DNA of 37,194 bases from a virus (lineage: Duplodnaviria > Heunggongvirae > Uroviricota > Caudoviricetes), in the IMG/VR virus record IMGVR_UViG_2534682162_000005; one strand, written 5' to 3'. Made by a program: the position numbers and the translations under genes. Below are positions 8,386 through 16,204 of this stretch, in pieces. Positions within the stretch are counted from its first letter, which is position 1, and each line of letters starts with the position of its first letter. Below the pieces are notes generated by a model that saw nothing but the letters and a program-made list of their open reading frames with translations, made no database searches and was not told the origin of the DNA.

Positions 8386-8856
8386 CTAGTAGAATACCCA
8401 ATTTTCTGTTTCTTGGTTGTGTCCAAAGTTATATTCAATATCTGGTGTTGATGTATCAATATTCTTCATCCCATCAACAAGAGTTGATACAACAGCCAAA
8501 TCTTGTTTGATTCTCATTAAATGGTATTTCTTCCGGCGCAATAAACTCTCAATGGCAAGTTTCTTCGTTGGGAATGCAAAAGATCTTTCTGCATTTTTTG
8601 CTACTTTCTTAATTGCATATCTATTTCTCTTTTGTTTCCATTCCTGTAACCACTGATTTGGTGCTGGTTTAAAATTAACAATCCAATGCGCAGGAACCAA
8701 CCATGCATAATGCTCTGTCTGATGAAAAGCTATATATTGAAGTGCGAATATTTTGATTCCATCTTCTTCAACTGTCGCTTGGAATCTCCAGAAAACAGGC
8801 ATTCCATCATGTTCAGTTTCTGATTCAGGAAAAGGTACGCTCCATGATTTTGTCAT
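8386..8856 (-). CDS. Hypothetical protein, 156 aa, in AT-rich cassette immediately downstream of N
   Basis: Track ORF; GAGGTGA SD upstream of ATG at 8856; no TM segment or recognisable catalytic motif. Confidence 0.6.
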   Translation of the reverse strand: MTKSWSVPFPESETEHDGMPVFWRFQATVEEDGIKIFALQYIAFHQTEHYAWLVPAHWIVNFKPAPNQWLQEWKQKRNRYAIKKVAKNAERSFAFPTKKLAIESLLRRKKYHLMRIKQDLAVVSTLVDGMKNIDTSTPDIEYNFGHNQETENWVFY

Positions 8857-8864
8857 ATCTCACC

Positions 8865-9164
8865 TCAAATAAGTGGTTTGCTGCCTAATTTCATTTTCTG
8901 GCGACCAACACAAGTCACACCCATTTCACTGCGTGGCTTGCGGTAGTAAATACGATTCTGTTTACGCTCGACTTCTTCTGCCTTCTTGCAGCGAAGGCTT
9001 CCGAGTGATGCTGCTTTATCTGCTCTGACGCAACCAGAGAGCTTTAGCGCAATTTTTCGCGCCAGTCGCTGCTCTTGCATTGCCTGTTCACGTTGAGCCT
9101 GTCTGCGTGCTCTGCGGCGATTTCTGGCGTTATCGTCAGCCAGATATGTAATGACTACTGTCAT
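8865..9164 (-). CDS. N: N-like transcription antiterminator (P22 gene 24-like), 99 aa
   Basis: Track ORF; N-terminus MTVVITYLADDNARNRRRARRQAQREQ is an arginine-rich motif resembling P22 gp24; GGAGG SD; first gene downstream of PL/nutL. Confidence 0.75.
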   Translation of the reverse strand: MTVVITYLADDNARNRRRARRQAQREQAMQEQRLARKIALKLSGCVRADKAASLGSLRCKKAEEVERKQNRIYYRKPRSEMGVTCVGRQKMKLGSKPLI

Positions 9165-9478
9165 GTTGACCTCCGATGAAACAACTTTGGAATTTTTTTT
9201 ATTACAAAGTTGTTTCCTTCCCCGCCAATTAGACGGGGATGGAAGAGCATTTATGAGCCTTCATGGACTCTGCTCGATCAGTTCTATTTAATTAATCTCT
9301 CAACTGAATGTAAGTATTCACATAAATCCTCCTACCTCTTGTGCAGCTTTCTTGAATATGGTGGCGGCTGCATAACGCCTATGGAATTGACTTTGGCGGT
9401 GACGCGCCGGGTGCTTATCTTCCGGTTGCCGTCGTGCAGCTGCACTTCACGTCACCCCAAAGCCAACTACTCTTTGGT

Positions 9479-9519
9479 TCCCGCATTTCGGCGGGACAAT
9501 CCCATCAATGTTAAAGAGC
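9479..9519 (-). promoter_or_regulatory. nutL: boxA (GCTCTTTAACA) and boxB hairpin (UCCCGC-CGAAAU-GCGGGA)
   Basis: Reverse complement of 9509-9519 is GCTCTTTAACA; inverted repeat tcccgc/gcggga at 9479-9496; the same boxA/boxB pair recurs at nutR. Confidence 0.6.
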
Positions 9520-9566
9520 CTGCCAACCTGTTCCGTTTGGCTACCAGCGTCCTGCTGATGGCTTAA

Positions 9567-9649
9567 ATTTAAGATCTCTTTAATTAATGGTCAAGAGTAT
9601 TTTTGAAGAAAACTTAAATTTTCTTTCGTAACTTAAGTTTGGCTTTGAT
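9567..9649 (-). promoter_or_regulatory. OL operators (three about 18-bp sites of ATTTAAG..CTTTAAT type) with leftward promoter PL
   Basis: Sites at about 9567-9584, 9612-9629, 9631-9649; minus-strand TTGACC (9590-9595) with 17-nt spacer then TAAATT (9567-9572). Confidence 0.6.
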
Positions 9650-9662
9650 TTTTAAAGGAAAT

Positions 9663-9684
9663 AAAAAAAAGGGGCGAACGCCCC
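9663..9684 (-). terminator. Rho-independent terminator ending the cI (PRM) transcript
   Basis: Stem ggggc/gcccc at 9671-9684 overlapping the cI stop; A8 run 9663-9670 on plus strand gives U8 on the minus strand. Confidence 0.6.
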
Positions 9685-9685
9685 C

Positions 9686-10336
9686 TTATGGAAGGTTTGC
9701 TAGTTTTGCATCGACAACTACGCCGATGATTTTGCAGTTTCCGTTGATCTCGATCATCGGATATTGTGGGTTAAGTGGTTTTAGAAACTTCCTGCCTGCA
9801 TCAATAACTAACTTCTTGAAAGTTGCCTCGTTTTCTCCTTCGAGCTTTGCAACTACCAGTTTCCCGTTACGCGGCTCTACTTCAGGATCGACGAGTATTA
9901 TCATTCCTTCAGGGATACTGAGACCGGCCGGAGCCGTCATTGAGTCTCCCTTCACGTCCAACCAAAACGAATCTTCTGAACAGTCTACGGTTGTATCGTA
10001 CCAGTTATCTATTGCACGCTTATGATATGGTTCTACAGCTTCCATCCAGCATCCTGCGCTCACCCAGCTAATCAGAGGGTATGACCCTCTTGGATCATGC
10101 CTACTGTGATAGGCAATGTTTGAAAGACTTTCCTCTCCTTTCATCAGATAGTCAGGGGAACACTTCAACGCATTAGCCAGGGCGAGAAGATTCTCTCCAT
10201 TTGGCTCTGTCTCAGAGCGTTCCCACTGAGATATGGCAACATTAGACACGCCGACCATCTTTCCAAGTGCGGCCTGCCTGATCTTGAGTTCTTTTCTCCG
10301 AGCGCGAATGCGCTCTCCCATCAATTGAGTTTTCAT
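9686..10336 (-). CDS. cI: Prophage repressor, P22 c2-type (HTH plus S24 LexA-like autopeptidase), 216 aa
   Basis: Track ORF; MKTQLMGERIRARRKELKIRQAALGKMVGVSNVAISQWE... and C-terminal ...GDSMTAPAGLSIPEGMIILVDPE... match P22 C2 as I recall it. Confidence 0.95.
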   Translation of the reverse strand: MKTQLMGERIRARRKELKIRQAALGKMVGVSNVAISQWERSETEPNGENLLALANALKCSPDYLMKGEESLSNIAYHSRHDPRGSYPLISWVSAGCWMEAVEPYHKRAIDNWYDTTVDCSEDSFWLDVKGDSMTAPAGLSIPEGMIILVDPEVEPRNGKLVVAKLEGENEATFKKLVIDAGRKFLKPLNPQYPMIEINGNCKIIGVVVDAKLANLP

Positions 10337-10402
10337 AGTTAAGACATCTTAAATAAACTTGACTTAAGATTCCTTTAGTGGATAATTTAAGTGTTCTTTA
10401 AT
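10337..10402. promoter_or_regulatory. OR1-OR2-OR3 operators with divergent PRM/PR promoters
   Basis: Three 18-bp sites agttaagacatcttaaat (10337-10354), acttaagattcctttagt (10362-10379), atttaagtgttctttaat (10385-10402); PR -35 TTGACT 10359-10364 and -10 GATAAT/ATAATT around 10381-10387. Confidence 0.75.
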
Positions 10403-10416
10403 TTCGGAGCGAGTCT

Positions 10417-10602
10417 ATGTACAAGAAAGATGTTATCGACCACTTCGGAACCCAGCGTGCTGTAGCTAAAGCGTTAGGCATTAGCGACGCAGCAGTCTCT
10501 CAGTGGAAGGAAGTCATCCCAGAGAAAGACGCCTATCGACTGGAAGTCGTTACAGCTGGCGCCCTGAAGTATCAAGAAAGCGCTTACCGCAAAGCGGCAT
10601 AA
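10417..10602 (+). CDS. cro: Cro repressor (P22 Cro-type), 61 aa
   Basis: Track ORF; MYKKDVIDHFGTQRAVAKALGISDAAVSQWKE... matches P22 Cro as I recall it; divergent from cI across OR. Confidence 0.9.
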   Translation: MYKKDVIDHFGTQRAVAKALGISDAAVSQWKEVIPEKDAYRLEVVTAGALKYQESAYRKAA

Positions 10603-10608
10603 GCAAAT

Positions 10609-10653
10609 TGCTCTTTAACAGTCATGGTCCTCATTCCCGCCGAAATGCGGGAA
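10609..10653 (+). promoter_or_regulatory. nutR: boxA (TGCTCTTTAACA) and boxB hairpin
   Basis: boxA at 10609-10620 directly after the cro stop; inverted repeat ttcccgc(10634-10640)/gcgggaa(10647-10653) with loop cgaaat. Confidence 0.6.
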
Positions 10654-10710
10654 TACAACGCGCATAAGTTGATGCGCATAACTTCTTATTTGTTAAGGAA
10701 ATACTTACAT

Positions 10711-10989
10711 ATGGAACTTACAAGTACTCGCAAGAAAGCGAATGCAATTACAAGCAACATCCTGAATCGAATTGCTGTACGTGGTCAGCGAAAGGTTGCC
10801 GACGCGTTAGGGATTAATGAATCGCAAATTTCGCGATGGAAAGACAGCTTCATCCCAAAAATTGGAATGCTTCTGGCTGTTCTTGAATGGGGTGTTGAAG
10901 ACGAGGAGTTGGCGGAACTGGCTAAGAAAGTAGCCAGAATGCTGACAAAAGAAAAAGCCCCGAAGAACGGCGAATTCTTCGAGGCCTGA
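10711..10989 (+). CDS. cII: CII-like transcriptional activator (P22 c1-type), about 92 aa
   Basis: Track ORF 10624..10989; start at Met 10711 (MELTSTRKK) past nutR; ...GINESQISRWKDSFIPKIGMLLAVLEWGVEDEE... parallels lambda CII. Confidence 0.85.
   Translation: MELTSTRKKANAITSNILNRIAVRGQRKVADALGINESQISRWKDSFIPKIGMLLAVLEWGVEDEELAELAKKVARMLTKEKAPKNGEFFEA
10952..10985 (-). terminator. Minus-strand terminator overlapping the cII 3' end (oop RNA-like arrangement)
   Basis: Stem gccccgaag(10957-10965)/cttcgaggc(10977-10985), one mismatch, 11-nt loop; A5 run 10952-10956 gives a U-run on the minus strand. No promoter identified. Confidence 0.4.
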
Positions 10990-11023
10990 TGTAGAAAGAC
11001 TGGATCAATCCACAGGAGTAATT

Positions 11024-11185
11024 ATGACAAAACGTCGTAAGAAATACCAGGAAAAAGAAGATATTCGACACCCTGATTCACCTGAGGGATTAGTGGTAGC
11101 CGCAGCAAATAACAGGGCGTTCGCAGAGCGCCTTGTTGGTGTTTACAGACTAGCCAAAGCAGGAGTGAAACATGGGCGTCGTTAA
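11024..11185 (+). CDS. Small basic ORF, 53 aa, between cII and the replication initiator
   Basis: Hand-read ATG at 11024 with GGAG 6 nt upstream (MTKRRKKYQEKEDIRHPDSPEG...); below the ORF-track threshold; its end overlaps the O-like start. Confidence 0.3.
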   Translation: MTKRRKKYQEKEDIRHPDSPEGLVVAAANNRAFAERLVGVYRLAKAGVKHGRR

Positions 11186-12062
11186 GTTAGCTGATTACAG
11201 GCATAACCCTGTACAACATCAGGAGGCATCCAGTATGGGGTATGTCTCTATACACCGCCAGTTTATGGACAGCAGGCTCTATAAGGACTCTCAGGCAGTA
11301 CATCTTTGGCTTCACTTAATCCTCAAGGCTAATCACGAATCTACTGTCGTCAATACGGATATCGGTCCGATAACTGTTGATCGCGGTCAGATGATAACTG
11401 GACGCCCGTCGCTGGTCAGAGAAACATTCATCCCCGACAACAAAGTTCGGAGCTTATTACGGACTTTTGAGTCGAAAGGGATGCTTAATATTTGCTCGAT
11501 GGGGAAGAAATTTAGCCTGTTTACAATCGTTAAATATGACGATTTTCAGGCAAAAAATTGTCCAACGGTTGTCCAACGGTTGTCCAACGCAAACACCAGT
11601 AATGGCGCGGCTCTCAGCGGAGATTGTCCAACGGTTGTCCAACGGTTGTCCATAAACAATAATATAAATAATATCTCTAATACTGACGTATTAGAGAGTG
11701 CCACAGCAGACAAAAAGTCTGACAAGAAAAAACCTTCCGTTAGCTGTCAGGATGTTGTCGATGCTTACCACGAAATCCTTCCTGAAGCGCCAAGAATCCG
11801 CGCACTGAATGACAAGCGTAAAAACCAGATCCGAACGTTCTGGCGCAAAGCCGGAGTGATAACCCGCCAGCTTGACGGGCATGGGTTCACGATGCAGGAC
11901 TGGAGAAATTATTTGAGCTACGTAGGCGAAAATTGCCGATGGATGTTCGAAGAGCGTCCAAACCATCAACGCGGAACTGTCTGGCACAAAAAGGGATTTG
12001 ATTTCCTGCTTAACGATAATACCTACCTGAAAGTTCGTGAGGGTGAACACGATGACCGATAA
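11172..12062 (+). CDS. Replication initiator (lambda O / P22 gene 18-like), 296 aa, origin inside gene
   Basis: Track ORF; AGGAG SD; position between cII and helicase; iterons and AT-rich tract lie within the coding sequence as in lambda O. Confidence 0.8.
   Translation: MGVVKLADYRHNPVQHQEASSMGYVSIHRQFMDSRLYKDSQAVHLWLHLILKANHESTVVNTDIGPITVDRGQMITGRPSLVRETFIPDNKVRSLLRTFESKGMLNICSMGKKFSLFTIVKYDDFQAKNCPTVVQRLSNANTSNGAALSGDCPTVVQRLSINNNINNISNTDVLESATADKKSDKKKPSVSCQDVVDAYHEILPEAPRIRALNDKRKNQIRTFWRKAGVITRQLDGHGFTMQDWRNYLSYVGENCRWMFEERPNHQRGTVWHKKGFDFLLNDNTYLKVREGEHDDR
11555..11700. repeat. Replication origin: six 11-bp iterons (TTGTCCAACGG) in two triplets plus AT-rich tract
   Basis: ttgtccaacgg at 11558, 11569, 11580 and 11624, 11635, 11646 (last one degenerate), followed by acaataatataaataatatctctaatact. 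Confidence 0.75.
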
Positions 12063-13488
12063 TTTTTATGCGCCGCCCCATAGCATCGAGGCAGAGCAGG
12101 CGGTGATTGGTGGATTGCTTCTGGATGATGACAGCAGTGAGCGCGTCCAGAAAGTTCTGGCGATGCTGAAGCCCGATTCATTTTACAGCCGACCACACAA
12201 AATCCTTTTCGAAGAGATAACCAGAATGCACCGGGAGCAAAAGCCAGTAGATGGCCTGACGCTTTTCGATGAACTGGAGCGTAAATCGTTAACGGCGTCT
12301 GTTGGCGGTTTTGCTTATATCGCTGAGATCGCAAAGAACACGCCAAGCGCCGCAAACATCGTTGCCTATGCAATGCAGGTTCGCGAAACCGCAATGGAAC
12401 GCTACGCCATCAACCGCATGACTGAAGCGACGGAATTGCTCTATTCCCGCAACGGAATGACTGCAACGCAGAAGTACGAAGCTATTCAGGCGATTTTCAC
12501 GCAACTGACAGATCATGCAAAAACCGGATCGCGTCGCGGCCTTCGCTCATTTGGTGAGGTCATGGAAGACTGGGTTAGCGACCTTGAGAAGCGATTTGAC
12601 CCGTCAGGCGAACAACGAGGAATGAGCACAGGGATCCCATCGCTGGACAGGATGCTGTCACCGAAAGGTCTGGTGAAAGGCTCTCTGTTTGTCATTGGCG
12701 CTCGCCCTAAGATGGGGAAAACGACGCTATACAGCCAGATGGCAATCAACTGCGCAGTGCATGAGAAAAAGCCCGCTCTGATGTTCAGCCTTGAAATGCC
12801 CGGTGACCAGATACTGGAAAAACTGGTAGGACAGAAGTCAGGTGTTAACCCGAATATTTTTTACCTTCCGGCGACAAATGACGCTGATGACGGCTATCAG
12901 GGTGATTACGATGGTGACTTCAACAGGGCGATAGAAACAGCAAATCGCTTGAGTGAAATCGACATGCTTTACATCGACGACACGCCGGGATTATCTCTGG
13001 CTCAAATCGTCAGCGAAAGCCGTCGAATCAAGCGAGAAAAAGGATGTGTTGGCATGATTCTGGTCGATTACCTGACACTAATGACCGCTGAGAAGGCCGA
13101 TCGCAACGACCTTGCTTACGGCATGATCACCAAAGGACTGAAGAACCTTGCCAAAGAGCTTGATTGCGTTGTTGTGCTTCTGACGCAGCTTAACCGCGCA
13201 CTGGAAAGCCGAACCAATAAACGCCCATTACCAAGTGACTCACGAGATACAGGGCAGATTGAACAGGATTGCGATTATTGGGTTGGGATCCATCGTGAAG
13301 GCGCTTTTGATGACAGTGTTCCACCTGGTGAAACCGAACTAATCCTTCGTCTCAATCGTCATGGCAATACCGGCACGGTGTATTGCATTCAGGAAAATGG
13401 CGCTATTTATGACACAGACCAACAGTCTGCTGAAATGCGCCGCCGTGAACGCGAGGAACCGCAATCCAAGAAGAAAGGAGGATTCTGA
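12052..13488 (+). CDS. dnaB: DnaB-family replicative helicase (P22 gene 12-like), about 478 aa
   Basis: Track ORF 12037..13488 (GTG); ATG at 12052 (MTDNFYAPPHSIEAEQAVIGGLLLD...) is the DnaB N-terminal signature; Walker A GARPKMGKT. Confidence 0.9.
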   Translation: MTDNFYAPPHSIEAEQAVIGGLLLDDDSSERVQKVLAMLKPDSFYSRPHKILFEEITRMHREQKPVDGLTLFDELERKSLTASVGGFAYIAEIAKNTPSAANIVAYAMQVRETAMERYAINRMTEATELLYSRNGMTATQKYEAIQAIFTQLTDHAKTGSRRGLRSFGEVMEDWVSDLEKRFDPSGEQRGMSTGIPSLDRMLSPKGLVKGSLFVIGARPKMGKTTLYSQMAINCAVHEKKPALMFSLEMPGDQILEKLVGQKSGVNPNIFYLPATNDADDGYQGDYDGDFNRAIETANRLSEIDMLYIDDTPGLSLAQIVSESRRIKREKGCVGMILVDYLTLMTAEKADRNDLAYGMITKGLKNLAKELDCVVVLLTQLNRALESRTNKRPLPSDSRDTGQIEQDCDYWVGIHREGAFDDSVPPGETELILRLNRHGNTGTVYCIQENGAIYDTDQQSAEMRRREREEPQSKKKGGF

Positions 13489-13516
13489 TGACCATCTACA
13501 TCACTGAGCTAATAAC

Positions 13517-13546
13517 AGGCCTGCTGGTAATCGCAGGCCTTTTTAT
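13517..13546 (+). terminator. Rho-independent terminator after the helicase gene (tR2-like)
   Basis: Stem aggcctgc(13517-13524)/gcaggcct(13533-13540), 8-nt loop, then ttttatt. Confidence 0.6.
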
Positions 13547-13563
13547 TTGGGGGAGGGGGAAGT

Positions 13564-13890
13564 GTGGCTGACTGGCAAATTCCAATCATCATTCTTGCCG
13601 GAGCGTCGCTGATTGCTGGCTTTATCCTGCTGAAAAAGCATAAAGACCGTGATCAAAAAGTCGAAGTTCTCTATGGGTATCCAGCGAACAGCACAACATG
13701 GCTGACCATTTACCACTACCGAAAATCAGGCCGCTGGGTATTCGAATGGGATGATCTGTTTGCTGAAAAGCGACCAAAGTCATGGGGAGACATCAGCGAA
13801 TGCATGATGTTTGAAGAAAGAAAATCCGGCGCAACCCGAGAAGAGTTTAACGAAGCGTGGGCGCGATTAAGTGATAGAGGGTATTTGTGA
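13564..13890 (+). CDS. Membrane-anchored hypothetical protein, 108 aa (GTG start)
   Basis: Track ORF; GGAGGGGG SD; N-terminal hydrophobic helix IPIIILAGASLIAGFILL followed by KKHK. Confidence 0.5.
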   Translation: MADWQIPIIILAGASLIAGFILLKKHKDRDQKVEVLYGYPANSTTWLTIYHYRKSGRWVFEWDDLFAEKRPKSWGDISECMMFEERKSGATREEFNEAWARLSDRGYL

Positions 13891-14084
13891 GCAAGTACGA
13901 AAAATTAGATCAAAACATTCTTTCAATGCTGAGTGAAAGACCAACACCTGTTTTTGATATCTGGCTTAAATGGCGGAGCAATGGAATGTATATCGAAACC
14001 ATCGATCGCCGTATGCAATACCTGAGAAAGAAAGGGCTTGTTGCAAATGTGCGTGGGAAGGGTTGGGTGAAAATTAACCTGTAA
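13887..14084 (+). CDS. Small hypothetical protein, 65 aa (possible winged-helix)
   Basis: Track ORF; GTG start overlapping the upstream stop; AGAGGG SD. Confidence 0.45.
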   Translation: MSKYEKLDQNILSMLSERPTPVFDIWLKWRSNGMYIETIDRRMQYLRKKGLVANVRGKGWVKINL

Positions 14085-14098
14085 TAACGGGGATTGAT

Positions 14099-14365
14099 AT
14101 GGACGAATCAAGAAAGCAGTTTGAAGAATGGTTTGAAAATTACACCGGATGTGATCCTAAAAATAAAATATACGCCAATATGGTTGAGATGTATTGGCAA
14201 GCGTGGCAGGCATCGCGAGCAGCTATCGAGATTGAGTGTCCTGGAAAAAGAGAGCGTGAGGCATTTTCTACCGATTTCGAGGATGGGGTCACATTTGGTT
14301 ATAACGACGCAATTAGTGAATGCGAAGGACGGATTCGCGCTGCTGGAGTCAAAGTGAAGGAGTAA
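14099..14365 (+). CDS. Hypothetical nin-region protein, 88 aa
   Basis: Track ORF with ATG start; compact operon spacing. Confidence 0.5.
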   Translation: MDESRKQFEEWFENYTGCDPKNKIYANMVEMYWQAWQASRAAIEIECPGKREREAFSTDFEDGVTFGYNDAISECEGRIRAAGVKVKE

Positions 14366-14367
14366 CG

Positions 14368-14778
14368 ATGAAGCAAACAATCTTCCTCCGAAGTAAGCAA
14401 CAACAGCAAGCCGCAATAAATGCCATCCTCTCAACTCCTCTCGATAAAGACAAGCCAGTCACCATCCGCATTACTGACTACAAGCGCAACCTTGACCAGA
14501 ACGCAAAATTTCACGCGATGCTGGCGGATATCGCTCGTCAGGTTCAATGGTGCGGCAAATGGTTAAAACCGGAACAATGGAAGGTTTTGTTGATTAGCGG
14601 TCATGCAGTGGCAACAAACCTGGAAGCTGATGTTTTGCCCGGGCTTGAAGGCGAATACGTCAACATTCGCGAAAGCAGCGCGCAGATGAGCGTGAAGCGC
14701 ATGGCAAGTCTGATCGAGTACACAACAGCCTGGGCTATTGGTCAGGGTGTCAGATTTACCGACAGGAGGTATGAATGA
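14368..14778 (+). CDS. ninB: NinB (Orf recombination mediator), about 136 aa
   Basis: Track ORF 14320..14778; Met at 14368 with GAAGGAG SD; [20 protein letters not shown]... resembles lambda NinB. Confidence 0.8.
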   Translation: MKQTIFLRSKQQQQAAINAILSTPLDKDKPVTIRITDYKRNLDQNAKFHAMLADIARQVQWCGKWLKPEQWKVLLISGHAVATNLEADVLPGLEGEYVNIRESSAQMSVKRMASLIEYTTAWAIGQGVRFTDRRYE

Positions 14779-14951
14779 GACGACAGCGACGAAGTATCAC
14801 CGACATCATCTGCGAAAACTGCAAATACCTTCCAACGAAACGCTCCAGAAATAAACGCAAGCCAATCCCAAAAGAATCTGACGTAAAAACCTTCAACTAC
14901 ACGGCTCACCTGTGGGATATCCGGTGGCTAAGACATCGTGCGAGGAAATGA
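14775..14951 (+). CDS. ninE: NinE-like protein, 58 aa
   Basis: Hand-read [58 protein letters not shown]; AGGAGG SD; ATGA overlap with the ninB stop. Confidence 0.7.
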   Translation: MRRQRRSITDIICENCKYLPTKRSRNKRKPIPKESDVKTFNYTAHLWDIRWLRHRARK

Positions 14952-15313
14952 CAATGGATTATTCACAGTTAAGTGATTTTGAAATTAACGTGGCGGTATT
15001 CGAAGCCATTCATAACGGATCACCTGATTACAAAGAAGGTGAGAATGGCGATATGGTGTTTGTCTCATTTGAGGGAGACATTGTAAACGGAGACGCAGTT
15101 GAAGTAGAAGTTGAGCGCGGATCATTTAACCCATGCGTAAACCCAGCAGACGCATGGCCGATTATTGAAAAATACAGGATTAGCATTATCAATCTCGATG
15201 AAGACGAGTGGGGTGCACGCGGTGTGGCCTACTGTAAATCTAAGCGAGCTATACATGAAAATCCCCTCCGCGCCGCCATGATTGTCTTTCTCATGATGCA
15301 GAGAATCCAATAA
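14948..15313 (+). CDS. Hypothetical nin-region protein, about 121 aa
   Basis: Track ORF 14912..15313; ATG at 14948 overlaps the ninE stop (translational coupling). Confidence 0.55.
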   Translation: MTMDYSQLSDFEINVAVFEAIHNGSPDYKEGENGDMVFVSFEGDIVNGDAVEVEVERGSFNPCVNPADAWPIIEKYRISIINLDEDEWGARGVAYCKSKRAIHENPLRAAMIVFLMMQRIQ

Positions 15314-15489
15314 TGCTTAGCCCATCCCAATCCCTTCAATACCAGAAAGAAAGCGTCGAGCGGGCTTTAACGTGCGCTAACTGCGGTCAGAAGCTGCATG
15401 TGCTGGAAGTTCACGTGTGTGAGCACTGCTGCGCAGAACTGATGAGCGATCCGAATAGCTCAATGTACGAGGAAGAAGACGATGAATGA
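15313..15489 (+). CDS. ninF: NinF-like protein, 58 aa (Cys-rich)
   Basis: Hand-read [40 protein letters not shown]...; TAATG overlap with the upstream stop; resembles lambda NinF. Confidence 0.65.
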   Translation: MLSPSQSLQYQKESVERALTCANCGQKLHVLEVHVCEHCCAELMSDPNSSMYEEEDDE

Positions 15490-16204
15490 GTTAATAAATG
15501 GCAATGCCATCAAAATGACAAGCATTGAAATCGCTGAGTTGGTTGGTAAGCGTCATGACAATGTGAAACGTACCATCGAAACGCTGGCTAAAAATGGTGT
15601 TATCCGGCTTCCTCAAATTGAGGTTTCCGAAAGAATCAATAACTTAGGGTTCAATGTTCAGTACGAGCATTACGTCTTCGAAGGCGAACAAGGTAAGCGA
15701 GATAGTATTGTTGTTGTTGCCCAGTTGTCGCCAGAGTTCACCGCTCGCCTTGTTGACCGCTGGCGAGAGCTTGAAGAAGCTGCGGTTAATATCCCAAAAA
15801 CGCTACCGGAAGCGTTGCGCCTTGCTGCTGATCTTGCTGAGCAGAAAATGCAACTGGAAAACCAGCTCGCAATTGCCGCACCTAAAGTTGAGTTTGCCGA
15901 TCGCGTTGGCGAGGCCAGCGGAATTTTGATTGGAAACTTTGCAAAGGTTGTTGGTATTGGTCCAAACAAACTGTTTGCGTGGATGCGCGATCACAAAATC
16001 CTTATTGCTTCAGGTTCCCGGCGCAATGTGCCAATGCAGGAATATATGGATCGCGGCTATTTCACAGTGAAAGAAACAGCGGTCAACACAAATCACGGAA
16101 TACAGATATCGTTCACCACAAAAATCACCGGGCGTGGTCAACAGTGGCTGACCAGAAAGCTGCTCGATAACGGAATGCTGAAAGTAACAGGGGAGGCTGC
16201 TTAA
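15482..16204 (+). CDS. Rha-family regulatory protein with C-terminal KilAC (antirepressor-type) domain, 240 aa
   Basis: Track ORF; N-terminal region MTSIEIAELVGKRHDNVKRTIETL is Rha-like and the C-terminal half looks like a KilA-C/ANT domain. Confidence 0.65.
   Translation: MNELINGNAIKMTSIEIAELVGKRHDNVKRTIETLAKNGVIRLPQIEVSERINNLGFNVQYEHYVFEGEQGKRDSIVVVAQLSPEFTARLVDRWRELEEAAVNIPKTLPEALRLAADLAEQKMQLENQLAIAAPKVEFADRVGEASGILIGNFAKVVGIGPNKLFAWMRDHKILIASGSRRNVPMQEYMDRGYFTVKETAVNTNHGIQISFTTKITGRGQQWLTRKLLDNGMLKVTGEAA

Noticed and set aside
8340-8459. Longer 148-aa version of the acidic protein (8013..8459)
   Set aside because: Would need a non-ATG start and 74 nt of overlap with the upstream 156-aa gene; the first ATG at 8339 gives a non-overlapping gene, although its SD is weak.
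9210-9566. 118-aa plus-strand ORF between N and cI
   Set aside because: Lies antisense across the PL-to-N leader, nutL and operators; no SD; best explained as a chance open frame in a regulatory region.
12023-12749. Minus-strand ORFs (123, 75, 78 aa) overlapping the initiator/helicase junction and helicase
   Set aside because: Antisense to well-supported replication genes; Arg/Cys-rich translations typical of spurious frames.
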